A stretch of DNA of 64,000 bases from Dehalococcoidia bacterium (GTDB lineage: Bacteria; Chloroflexota; Dehalococcoidia; Bin125): NCBI GenBank assembly GCA_963662615.2, contig CAXXSR010000001.1:832001-896000 (forward strand), given 5' to 3'. Made by a program: the position numbers and the translations under genes. Positions 40,201 to 48,334 of this stretch are shown here, piece after piece. Numbering within the stretch: position 1 is the first letter of the stretch; every line of letters begins with the position of its first letter. The notes beneath the pieces are model-generated. The model made no database searches. It worked only from the letters and a program-made list of their open reading frames with translations, and was not told where the DNA came from.

Positions 40201-41120
40201 AGGAGCCGCCCGGCGCCGCGCCTGCGGCGGGCGGCTCGGGGGCCCTGCCGGCGGCGACGCAGTCCACGCCGACGGCGGGCGGCGGCAACGGTGGTGGTCA
40301 GGAGCCGGGTGGCCAGGAGCCGGCGTCGGGCGGGGAGGAGCCGTCGTTGGCGGAGCTGCGCGAGGGCATCGAGACGCTGCGCGGCCGCCTGCGCTGGCTG
40401 GGCGCCGTCAACCCGGACGCAGCCGGGGAGTTCCAGGAGGTGCGCGAGCGCTACGACTATCTCAGCGGCCAGATCGCCGACCTGGAGGGGGCGGAGCAGC
40501 GGCTGCTGACGGCGGAGGCCGAATTGGCGGGCCTGATTCGGGAGCGCTTCGAGAGCGCCTTCAAGGCCGTGGACGGACAGTTTCGGCACTACTTCCAGCA
40601 GATGTTCGGCGGCGGCAACGCCCGCCTGGCCCTGAGCGACGAGGGGGACTGGGAGAACAGCGGCGTGGAGATCGCGGCGCAGCCGCCGGGCAAGCGGCTG
40701 GACAACCTGAGCATGCTCTCGGGCGGCGAGCGCTCGCTCACGGCGATCGCCCTGCTCTTCGCCATGCTGACCGTCAAGCCGGCGCCGTTCTGCGTGCTGG
40801 ACGAGGTCGACGCGGCGCTGGACGAGGTCAACGTGGGCCGCTTCGTGGGGGCGCTGCAGGCGCTGGCCGCGCGCACGCAGTTCGTCATCATCACCCACAA
40901 CCGCCGCACCATTGAGCAGGCCGACTCCATCTACGGCATCACCATGGGCGACGATTCGGTGAGCCGGGTGCTGTCGGTGCGCCTGGCCGACTTCGACGTG
41001 GAGGCCGACTCCGACAGGGAGGGCGACTCCGACAGGGAGGGCGGCCGCGACGTGGAGGGCGACCGCGACGTGGAGGGCGGCCGCGACGTGGAGGGCGAGC
41101 CGGCGGCGCCCGCGCGCTAG
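37272..41120 (+). CDS. smc: Chromosome segregation protein SMC
   Basis: GPNGSGKSN Walker A, coiled coils, hinge domain, LSGGE signature, LDEVDAALD, ITH. Confidence 0.97.
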   Translation: MHFKRLEIQGYKAFATRTVFDIDPGITAVVGPNGSGKSNIMDALRWVMGETANRHMRANRLEEVIFTGSQQRAPTGMAEVRVVLNNDDGWLPLDPGEVSVTRRVHRSGDSEFLINDKPVRLREIQQLFSRGGLGAGSYALMGQGLVEEVLRLKPEERRGLIEEVADVRRHRRQMEEARRRRQESHENLERVRLLVEEIEPRRRTLERQAKRALQHADLTAELRAALRRFYGQEGRRLQAELAARAGARGERRVARDRVAQEVADAEAALAAWNSAISEARAVQERAEEERRRRGARLRELEHERALARQGDELLQRRLEELRSDVAALTEEAESAGAPAAPDPGDVDVAARDQALATARDAHQRAQAALDAIDGEQAALRRRKAEADERLRRLAVVAAEEEQRLKAVEDERSALSTAANERAERMTPLRRRLEAAAVAAGEAAARLAASGPDANAAGERRDELAQRLYGAGARLRELEAGRAERDRRLTRARDRLQMLKELQAESEGMQQGLRALFGSRGVPHAGEPTGIPGVVGVIRHLVRAPRGLEQAIEAALQDYLDAVIFESATDAVGTIEALIAERAGRLVALPLDEIRPRSPLVLPPERHVIGVAARLVKCHSRYRDLVNTLLGRTIVVEDIDTARALLKRGLGAVVTRDGHLLRPNGAIAGGRIAEAGAFTRENELQSLPAQIEQLERDLAESAAVAEPRAELERLERELQAAERTSEETAAARRQAQEAAAAHEADAVRMRGELAALEAEGEQAARRLQSLTAEAATLEAAGERRENERAEMEAAGPDAAVRPDEAAPAERRAAQARLVGEAAVRLSVLEGEEGALREALRGREAALARLRQQGQARRAQLERVEAERVELAATLARLQRELAAARDALAAAAEEGAEEGTLARLAAQEKGRREAVGGAQRSQIGAERALVVAEAAHEETEGACARLREQMRSDEFAIDAEGRVVTGGGARVPAFMAREEPPGAAPAAGGSGALPAATQSTPTAGGGNGGGQEPGGQEPASGGEEPSLAELREGIETLRGRLRWLGAVNPDAAGEFQEVRERYDYLSGQIADLEGAEQRLLTAEAELAGLIRERFESAFKAVDGQFRHYFQQMFGGGNARLALSDEGDWENSGVEIAAQPPGKRLDNLSMLSGGERSLTAIALLFAMLTVKPAPFCVLDEVDAALDEVNVGRFVGALQALAARTQFVIITHNRRTIEQADSIYGITMGDDSVSRVLSVRLADFDVEADSDREGDSDREGGRDVEGDRDVEGGRDVEGEPAAPAR
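40996..41098 (+). repeat. 18-bp degenerate tandem repeat in SMC C-terminal tail
   Basis: Encodes EADSDR EGDSDR EGGRDV EGDRDV EGGRDV EG. Confidence 0.85.
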
Positions 41121-41176
41121 CATGGGGGCGGGCCGCTCCGCGGCGGCGGCGACGACGATCGATCAACGGTGAGGCA

Positions 41177-42193
41177 ATGGTGAAGCTCTTTCGCTTCCGG
41201 GGCCGGGAGGCGGCGGCGGCCGGCGCGGTCGCCGCTTCCGGGGCCGTCGAGGCCGACGAGAAGGCCGAGCTGGCGGCGCTGCTGAGGGCGAGCACGGCCC
41301 GCACCCGCGGCGGCGTCTGGGGGCGGCTGGGAGGCGTGTTCCGCCGCGGCGCCTTGGGCGCGGAGGTTTGGGAGGAGCTGGAGGAGATCCTGATCGGCGC
41401 CGACGTGGGCGCGGGCACGGCGGCGGCGCTGATCGAGCGCGCGCGCGCTGGCGCCGGCGCGGCGGGGGTGCGCGACGGCGCCGGCCTGCGGCCGTTGCTG
41501 CGGACGGAGCTGGTGACGCTGCTGCGGCGCCCGCGCCAGCGGGGGCAGCTGTGGGGCGAGGCGCCGTTGCCGCCGCCGCCGCACGTGATCTTGGTGGTGG
41601 GGGTGAACGGCTCCGGCAAGACCACCAGCATCGCCAAGCTCGCGCACGCCTACCAGGCCGAGGGCAAGACGGTGATCCTGGGCGCCGCCGACACCTTCCG
41701 CGCCGCCGCCATCGACCAGCTGCAGGTCTGGGGCGAGCGCCTGGGGGTGCCGCTGGTGGCGCACCAGCCCGGCGGCGACCCCGGCGCCGTGGCCTACGAC
41801 ACGGTCAGCGCCGCCCAGGCGCGCGGCCTCGATGTGGCCATCATCGATACGGCCGGCCGCCTGCAGACGAAGCGGAACTTGATGGCGGAGCTGGGCAAGG
41901 TGCGCCGCGTGATCGCGGGCCGACTGGAGGGCGCGCCGCATGAGGCGCTGCTGGTGCTGGACGCCACCACGGGCCAGAACGGGCTCAGCCAGGCGCGCCT
42001 GTTCGGCGAGGCGGCGGCGGTCAGCGCCATCTGCCTGGCCAAGCTGGACGGGACCAGCAAGGGCGGGATCGTCTTCGCCATCGCCGACCGGCTGGGGGTG
42101 CCGGTGCGCTTCGTGGGCACGGGCGAGGGCGCCGGCGATCTGGCGCCGTTCGAGGCGGAGATCTTCGTGGACGCGCTGCTGGGCGATGTCTGA
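41177..42193 (+). CDS. ftsY: SRP receptor FtsY
   Basis: [41 protein letters not shown]. Confidence 0.97.
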   Translation: MVKLFRFRGREAAAAGAVAASGAVEADEKAELAALLRASTARTRGGVWGRLGGVFRRGALGAEVWEELEEILIGADVGAGTAAALIERARAGAGAAGVRDGAGLRPLLRTELVTLLRRPRQRGQLWGEAPLPPPPHVILVVGVNGSGKTTSIAKLAHAYQAEGKTVILGAADTFRAAAIDQLQVWGERLGVPLVAHQPGGDPGAVAYDTVSAAQARGLDVAIIDTAGRLQTKRNLMAELGKVRRVIAGRLEGAPHEALLVLDATTGQNGLSQARLFGEAAAVSAICLAKLDGTSKGGIVFAIADRLGVPVRFVGTGEGAGDLAPFEAEIFVDALLGDV

Positions 42194-42230
42194 GGGCGGT
42201 GCCTGAGGGCGGTACCTGAGGCCGGTGCGA
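42192..42230 (+). repeat. 13-bp tandem repeat x3 incorporating the ftsY stop (CTGAGGGCGGTRC)
   Basis: CTGAGGGCGGTGC CTGAGGGCGGTAC CTGAGGCCGGTGC. Confidence 0.8.
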
Positions 42231-42339
42231 CGGATTTGCTCCTCCGTAGCCGCTGGGCGCCCGGCCGCGCGCTTGTTCGGCGGCGCCGGCGCTCGGTAGG
42301 ATGGGCCCGCGGCGCCGCTGCCGGGCCTGCGGAGGGCTG

Positions 42340-42912
42340 ATGGAACGCATAGGCGAGCTGTTGGCGCGGCTGCCCCGCGAGCGGGGCCAGCTGCTGCCGG
42401 CGCTGCACTTGGTCCAGGAGGAGTTGGGCTGGGTGCCGCGCGAGGCGATGCGGCTGGTGGCCCGCCACCTGCGCCTGACGGAGGCGCAGGTCTTCGGCCC
42501 CGCCAGCTACTACTCGGAGTTTCGCTTCAGCCCACCCCCACGCACGCTGGTGACCTGGTGCAGCGGCCCCTCCTGCCGCGTCCTCGGCGGCGAGCGGGTG
42601 CGTCGCATCCTGGAGGCGGAGCTGGGCTGCCGCTTGGGCGAGAACGGCCCCAACGACGGCTACGGGCTCTGGCTGGGGCAGTGCAACGGCACCTGCGAGC
42701 GGGCGCCCCAGGTCTGGGTGAACGGGCGTGTGGTGGGCCCCCTGAGCCTGGCCCAGACGGTGCGGCTGGCGCGGCGCGTGCGGGCGGGAGAGGCGGTGGC
42801 GCCGGTGGCGCCGGCTCTCGCGGAGGCGGTCACGATCCAGCCCTCGCTGCACCGGCGCGAGCCAGGCGCGGGGGCGGGCGCGGGCGCCGCAGCCGCATCG
42901 GAGCGGCCGTGA
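42340..42912 (+). CDS. NuoE/FdsG/HndA-like [2Fe-2S] subunit
   Basis: LLPALH.VQ...GW.P, ASYY..F, CSGPSC...CNGTC..AP. Confidence 0.9.
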   Translation: MERIGELLARLPRERGQLLPALHLVQEELGWVPREAMRLVARHLRLTEAQVFGPASYYSEFRFSPPPRTLVTWCSGPSCRVLGGERVRRILEAELGCRLGENGPNDGYGLWLGQCNGTCERAPQVWVNGRVVGPLSLAQTVRLARRVRAGEAVAPVAPALAEAVTIQPSLHRREPGAGAGAGAAAASERP

Positions 42913-44855
42913 GCGCCGCTGTGAGCGCCGCTGTGAGCGCCGCCTACGAGACGCTGCGGGAGGCGGCGCGACCGTTGCGAGAGGCGCGCGAGCGGCCGCT
43001 GCGGCCGCTGCTGCGGGTGGACCTGACCACCTCGTCGGTGGCGGCGGGCGGCGACGCCACCCTGGCCGCCCTGCGCCGGGCCCTGCGGGAGCGGCAGCTG
43101 GACTGTGACCTGATCACCGTGGGCACGCTGGGCCTCTCCTTCCTGCAGCCCGTGGTGGAGCTACAGCGGCCGGGCCGGGCGCCGGTGGTCTACGGCCCCC
43201 TGGCGGCGGCCGAGGCGGACGCCTTCGTGGCGGCGGCGCTGCAGGGGCAGGGCGAGGCCGCTCACTGGGCGCTGGGCGTGCGCGCGCCGGCGGGCGAGGA
43301 GGGGCTGCCCAGCCTCTTCGCGCACCCGTTCTGGGCGCCCCAGGAGCGACGGCTGATGGAGTGGATGGGGGTGATCGACCCCGAGGACGTGGATGAGGCG
43401 ATCGGCGTGGGCCGCTACGCCGGGCTGGAGCGGGCCCTGGCCATGGAGCCGGCGGCGATCTGCGACCTGGTGGAGGAGGCGGGGCTGTTGGGCCGCGGCG
43501 GCGCCGGCTTCCCCGCCGGGCGCAAGTGGAAGTTTCTCCTGGGCGCCCCCGGCCCCCTGAAGTACCAGGTCTGCAACGCCGACGAGGGCGACCCCGGCGC
43601 CTTCGTCAACCGGGTGTTGATGGAATCCGACCCGCACCTGGTGATCGAGGGGATGGCGATCGCCGCCCAGGCCACCGGCGCGCGCCACGGCTTCGTCTAC
43701 ATCCGCGACGAATACCCGCTCAGCATCGTGCGCATGCAGCGGGCCATCGAGGGCGCGGGCGCGCGCGGGCTGCTGGGCGAGGGCATCCTGGGCACGGACC
43801 TCTGCTTCACCCTGGAAGTGGTTCGCGGGGCCGGCTCCTACGTCTGCGGCGAGGAGTCGGGGCTGATCGCCTCGGTGGAGGGGCTGCGCGGCATGCCCAA
43901 GATCCGCCCGCCTTTTCCCGCTCAGCGAGGGGTCTTCGGCCGGCCCAGCAACGTCAACAACACCGAGACCTTCGCCAATGTGCCGCTGGTGCTGCAGCAC
44001 GGCGCCGCTTGGTACCGGGAGCAGGGCACGGCCTCCGACCCCGGCACCAAGATGTTCAGCGTCAGCGGCGCCGTGGCCCGCAGCGGCGTTCTGGAGCTGC
44101 CCTTCGGCACCTCCCTGGCGACGGCGCTGCTGGAGGCGGGCGGCGGGCCCCCGCCGGGCCGGCGTCCCAAAGGGGTGCAGCCGGGCGGCCCCTTGGGGGG
44201 GATGTTCAGCGCCGAAGAGCTGGCGCTGCCGTTGGAGCGGCCGCCCTTCACGGAGCTGGGGGTGCTGCTGGGCTCGGGCGGCCTGATCCTCTTCGACGAT
44301 CGCGCCTGCGCCCTGGACCTGGCCCTCTACTTCAGCGAGTTCTGCGAGGACGAGTCCTGCGGCCGCTGCACCACCTGTCACGGCGGCAGCCAGCGGCTGG
44401 TGGAGATCCTGCGCCGCATCGCCGGCGGCGGCGGGCGCGAGAGCGACCTAGAGCGGATCGGCCTGCTGGACCGGGCGCTGCAGAACGCCAACTGCGTGCA
44501 CGGGCAGTTCACGCCCTACGCCGTGCGCGCCGCCGTGCGCCACTTCGGCGCCGAGATCGAGGCGCACATCCGCGAGCGGCGCTGCCCCGCCGGGGTCTGC
44601 CGGGGCCTGATCCGGCACCGCATCACGGCGCCCGCCGACCCCGCCCTGGTTGAGGCGGCCGATCTCTGCCCCACCGACGCGATTGTGCCGGCGGGCGTGT
44701 TGGAGGGCGTGGCGGCGGGCGTGGCTGGGGGTGCGGAAGGGGGGGCGGGCTACGGCATCGACGATGGCGCCTGCATCCAGTGCGGCCTCTGCCGCGAGCT
44801 GGCGCCGGCGGCGGTGACCGTCGAGGAGCGCTTTCCGGCCCCCACGCCGGCCTAA
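42909..44855 (+). CDS. NuoF/FdsB/HndC-like FMN/NADH-binding subunit (long form)
   Basis: GRGGAGFP.G.KW, NADEGDPG, GAGSYVCGEE, NNTET, GGP.GG, ESCGRCTTC...C, C-terminal ferredoxin-like domain. Confidence 0.92.
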   Translation: MSAAVSAAVSAAYETLREAARPLREARERPLRPLLRVDLTTSSVAAGGDATLAALRRALRERQLDCDLITVGTLGLSFLQPVVELQRPGRAPVVYGPLAAAEADAFVAAALQGQGEAAHWALGVRAPAGEEGLPSLFAHPFWAPQERRLMEWMGVIDPEDVDEAIGVGRYAGLERALAMEPAAICDLVEEAGLLGRGGAGFPAGRKWKFLLGAPGPLKYQVCNADEGDPGAFVNRVLMESDPHLVIEGMAIAAQATGARHGFVYIRDEYPLSIVRMQRAIEGAGARGLLGEGILGTDLCFTLEVVRGAGSYVCGEESGLIASVEGLRGMPKIRPPFPAQRGVFGRPSNVNNTETFANVPLVLQHGAAWYREQGTASDPGTKMFSVSGAVARSGVLELPFGTSLATALLEAGGGPPPGRRPKGVQPGGPLGGMFSAEELALPLERPPFTELGVLLGSGGLILFDDRACALDLALYFSEFCEDESCGRCTTCHGGSQRLVEILRRIAGGGGRESDLERIGLLDRALQNANCVHGQFTPYAVRAAVRHFGAEIEAHIRERRCPAGVCRGLIRHRITAPADPALVEAADLCPTDAIVPAGVLEGVAAGVAGGAEGGAGYGIDDGACIQCGLCRELAPAAVTVEERFPAPTPA

Positions 44856-44989
44856 GGATTGTAACTGCGGCCGGCGCGCCGGCCGAGGGTCGCGGCTGCG
44901 AATTGCACTGTGGCCCGGTGTGTCGGTGCGGGCCCGGCCCTGCGTTTATGTCGCACTGATGTTCTATCGCAGGCCCGTCGCTGCTACCC

Positions 44990-47900
44990 TTGCCACTTGA
45001 GGGTCGGTATGATACACGGAACCGTGTAGGAACGCGGAGCCGTAGCCCCGCCGCGACCGCGTCGAAGCGCGGCAGCGGGAGGGGGGAGGCCGGCCTGGTC
45101 AGCCCGGTCCGTCGCCAGTACCTGGAGCAGAAGGCGCGCCACCCCGACGCGATCCTCTTCTTCCGCCTGGGCGACTTCTACGAGACCTTCGACGGCGACG
45201 CCGAGCTGGTCAGCCGTGAGCTGGAGATCGCCCTGACCAGCAAGCCGCTGGGCGAGGGGCTGCGGGTGCCGCTGGCGGGCGTGCCCGTGCAGGCGGTCGA
45301 GCGCCACCTGGCGCGGCTGATCGCGCGGGGACATCGCGTCGCCATCTGCGAGCAGCTGGAGGACCCCAAGGCGACCAAGGGGCTGGTGGCGCGGGGGGTG
45401 GTGCGGGTGCTCTCGCCGGGGACGGCGCTGGAGCCGGCCCTGCTGGAGGCGGGCAGCAGCCGCTACTGCGCCGCCCTGGCCCCGCCCAGGCGCAGCGGCG
45501 CCCGCGCCGGGCGGGCCGGACTGGCCGCGGTGGACCTGAGCACGGGCGAGTTCTTGGTCTGCGAGCTGGGGCCGTTCCTCAGTGCGGATGGGGCCGCCGA
45601 GGGGGAGTCGGTGTCGGCGGTGCCGGAGACGGTGCCGGAGACGGTGCTGGAGCGCGCCGTGGTGCGGGAGCTGGCGCGCCTGGGCGCCGTGGAGCTGCTG
45701 CTGCCGGCCGGGGCGGCGCCGCCGGCGGGGCTGCCGGCCTCGCTGCGGGGGGCGCTGCGGGCGCGCCCGCCTGATCGCTTCGACGAGGGTGCGGCGGCGC
45801 GGCGGCTGTGCCGGCACTACGCCGTCGCCGACGTGGAGGGGCTGGGGCTGGCGGGGCGGCCGGCGGCGCTGGCGGCGGCGGGGGCGCTGCTGGACTACCT
45901 GGCCGAGTGCCGGCCCTCGTTTCCAGGCAGCGCGTCACAGGGCAGCGCCTCTCCGGGCAGTGCGCCCGCGGGCGGCGCGTCCTCAGGCGGTGTGTTCCAA
46001 GGCGGCGCGTCCCCAGGCGGTGTGTCCCCAGGCGGCAGCGACCCGCTGGCCCATCTGGCCCCTCCCCGCCTCTACGAGCCGGGCGCCAGCATGGCCCTGG
46101 ACGCGGCCACGGAGCGCGCCCTGGGCCTCTTCAGCAGCGGCCGCGGTGACGGCCGCGGTGGTGAGGACGGCGCCGGCTCGCTGCTCTCGCTCTTGGACCG
46201 CTGCCGCACGGCGGCGGGGCGCCGCCTGCTGCGGCGGCGGTTGGCGCGCCCGCTGCTCGAGCTGGGACGGATTGAGGCGCGCCTGGAGCGGGTGGCGCTG
46301 CTGTGCGCCCAGGGGCTGCTGCGGCGACGGCTGCGCGAGGGGCTGGCGGCGGTGCCGGACCTGGAGCGGCTGCTGGGGCGGATCAGCGCCGGGGAGGCGC
46401 GGCCCCCGGAGGTGGCCGCCCTGGGCCGCGGCCTGGGCGCCGCGGCGGTGCTGCGGGCGGCGCTGGTGGCGCCCCTCAGCGAAGGGCCCGTCGCTGGAGG
46501 CGGGCCGGGGGGGGCGAGCGAGGCCGCCTCTACGGGAATCGCGGCGGGGGCTGGGGAGGCCGGCGCAGGCGAGGCCGCCTCTGCGGGAATCGCGGAGGCG
46601 GGGGCGGCGCTGCGGGCGGGCATGGCCGAGGAGCTGCGCCCCTGCCCCGCGGCTGCGGAGGCGATCGCGGCGACGCTGGTGGAGGAGCCGGCCGCCGACT
46701 GCGAGGAGGGCGGGGTGGTGCGCCCCGGCTGCGACGCCGAGCTGGACCGCTGGCGGGCGCAGCTGGCGCGCGGGCGCGAGGCGATCGCGGCGCTGGAGGC
46801 GCGCGAGCGCGAGCGCTCGGGCATCGCCACGCTCAAACTGGGCTACCACCGCAGCTTCGGCTACTACCTGGAGGTGAGCAGCAGCAAGCTGGGGCGGGTG
46901 CCGCCCGATTGGGAGCGGCGGCAGACGCTGGCGGGCGGGGAGCGCTTCACCACAGCGGAGCTGCGGCAGCTGGAGGGGGAGGTGGCGGCGGCGCGCGAGG
47001 CGGCGGCGGCGCGCGAGCGCGCCCTCTTCCAGCGGCTCTGCCGGCGGCTGGCGGCGGAGGCGGCGGCGCTGCGGGCGCTGGCGCGGGGGCTGGCGCGGCT
47101 GGACGTGGCGGCGGCCCTGGCCGAGGTGGCGAGCGCGCGCGGCTACGTCCGCCCCCAGCTCGATCTGGGCGGGGCGATCGAGATCCGCGAGGGCCGTCAC
47201 CCGATGGTGGAGGCGTCGCTGCCGCCGGGCCGCTTCGTGCCCAACGACCTGCGCCTGCGCGCCGAGCGCGAGCAGGTGCTGGTGGTGACGGGCCCCAACA
47301 TGGCCGGCAAGAGCACCTACCTGCGGCAGGCGGCGCTGATCGTCCTGCTGGCGCAGTGCGGCAGCTTCGTGCCCGCGGCCGAAGCGCGGATCGGTTTGGT
47401 GGACCGCATCTTCGCCCGCGTCGGCGCCCACGACGACCTCGCCGCCGGCCAGAGCACCTTCATGGTAGAGATGCTGGAGACGGCGGCGATCCTGGCCGGG
47501 GCCGGGGACCGGTCCCTCCTGATCCTGGACGAGATCGGTCGCGGCACCAGCACCTACGACGGCCTCGCCATCGCGCGGGCGCTGCTGGAGCAGCTGGCCT
47601 CGGGGCCGCGGCGGGGGCCGCGCACCCTCTTCGCCACCCACTTTCAGGAGCTGACGGAGCTGGCCGGGGGGCATGACCGCATCGGCAACGCCCACGTTGC
47701 TGTGGAAGAGGTTACCGTCGAAGAGGTCGCGGGGGCAGGGGAGGAGGGCGGCGGGCCCGGCCCGGGCAGGGGCGGCGTGCGCTTCCTCTTCCGGGTGCTG
47801 CCGGGGGGCGCGGACCGCTCCTACGGCATCCAAGTGGCGGAGATGGCCGGTCTGCCGGCGCCGCTGCTGGCGCGGGCGCGCGAGATCCTGACTCTTCTGG

Positions 47901-48334
47901 AGGGCGGGCTGGAGGGCGGTCGGGAAGGCGGTGGGGCGGCGCCCGGCCCCGGCGCTGGGGGGCGCGCCGAGCCGAGCGCGGCGCTGCTGTTGCCGCCGCC
48001 GCCCTCGCCCCTGCTGGCGGATCTGGCGGCGCTGGCGGTGGAGGAGCTGACGCCGCTGGAGGCGATCGGCGCGCTTTTTGCGTTGCGCGAACGGGCTCGG
48101 GTAGAGCGAGCGGAGGAGCCGGCCCCGCGGCCAAGCGACTCGCTGCGGGCGGCGTCGGTGGGAGAGACGGCGTTGCGCGAACGGGCGCGGGCCCAGAGCG
48201 GCGAGGGGCCGGGACCGCGACGAAGCGAGACAGCGGAGACGCCGTTGAGGGAGGGGGCGTTGCGCGAGCGGGCCCTGACGGGCGCGGCCGGGGGCGGCGC
48301 GGCCGGCGACAGTGCGGGCGGGGAGGGGCCGTGA
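44990..48334 (+). CDS. mutS: DNA mismatch repair protein MutS (start uncertain)
   Basis: RQY...K, LGDFYE, GPNMAGKSTY, STFMVEM, DEIGRGTST, ATHF, SYGI.VA; several low-complexity inserts. Confidence 0.95.
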   Translation: MPLEGRYDTRNRVGTRSRSPAATASKRGSGRGEAGLVSPVRRQYLEQKARHPDAILFFRLGDFYETFDGDAELVSRELEIALTSKPLGEGLRVPLAGVPVQAVERHLARLIARGHRVAICEQLEDPKATKGLVARGVVRVLSPGTALEPALLEAGSSRYCAALAPPRRSGARAGRAGLAAVDLSTGEFLVCELGPFLSADGAAEGESVSAVPETVPETVLERAVVRELARLGAVELLLPAGAAPPAGLPASLRGALRARPPDRFDEGAAARRLCRHYAVADVEGLGLAGRPAALAAAGALLDYLAECRPSFPGSASQGSASPGSAPAGGASSGGVFQGGASPGGVSPGGSDPLAHLAPPRLYEPGASMALDAATERALGLFSSGRGDGRGGEDGAGSLLSLLDRCRTAAGRRLLRRRLARPLLELGRIEARLERVALLCAQGLLRRRLREGLAAVPDLERLLGRISAGEARPPEVAALGRGLGAAAVLRAALVAPLSEGPVAGGGPGGASEAASTGIAAGAGEAGAGEAASAGIAEAGAALRAGMAEELRPCPAAAEAIAATLVEEPAADCEEGGVVRPGCDAELDRWRAQLARGREAIAALEARERERSGIATLKLGYHRSFGYYLEVSSSKLGRVPPDWERRQTLAGGERFTTAELRQLEGEVAAAREAAAARERALFQRLCRRLAAEAAALRALARGLARLDVAAALAEVASARGYVRPQLDLGGAIEIREGRHPMVEASLPPGRFVPNDLRLRAEREQVLVVTGPNMAGKSTYLRQAALIVLLAQCGSFVPAAEARIGLVDRIFARVGAHDDLAAGQSTFMVEMLETAAILAGAGDRSLLILDEIGRGTSTYDGLAIARALLEQLASGPRRGPRTLFATHFQELTELAGGHDRIGNAHVAVEEVTVEEVAGAGEEGGGPGPGRGGVRFLFRVLPGGADRSYGIQVAEMAGLPAPLLARAREILTLLEGGLEGGREGGGAAPGPGAGGRAEPSAALLLPPPPSPLLADLAALAVEELTPLEAIGALFALRERARVERAEEPAPRPSDSLRAASVGETALRERARAQSGEGPGPRRSETAETPLREGALRERALTGAAGGGAAGDSAGGEGP
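45926..46038 (+). repeat. 15-bp degenerate in-frame tandem repeat in mutS
   Basis: GSASQ GSASP GSAPA GGASS GGVFQ GGASP GGVSP GG. Confidence 0.8.
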
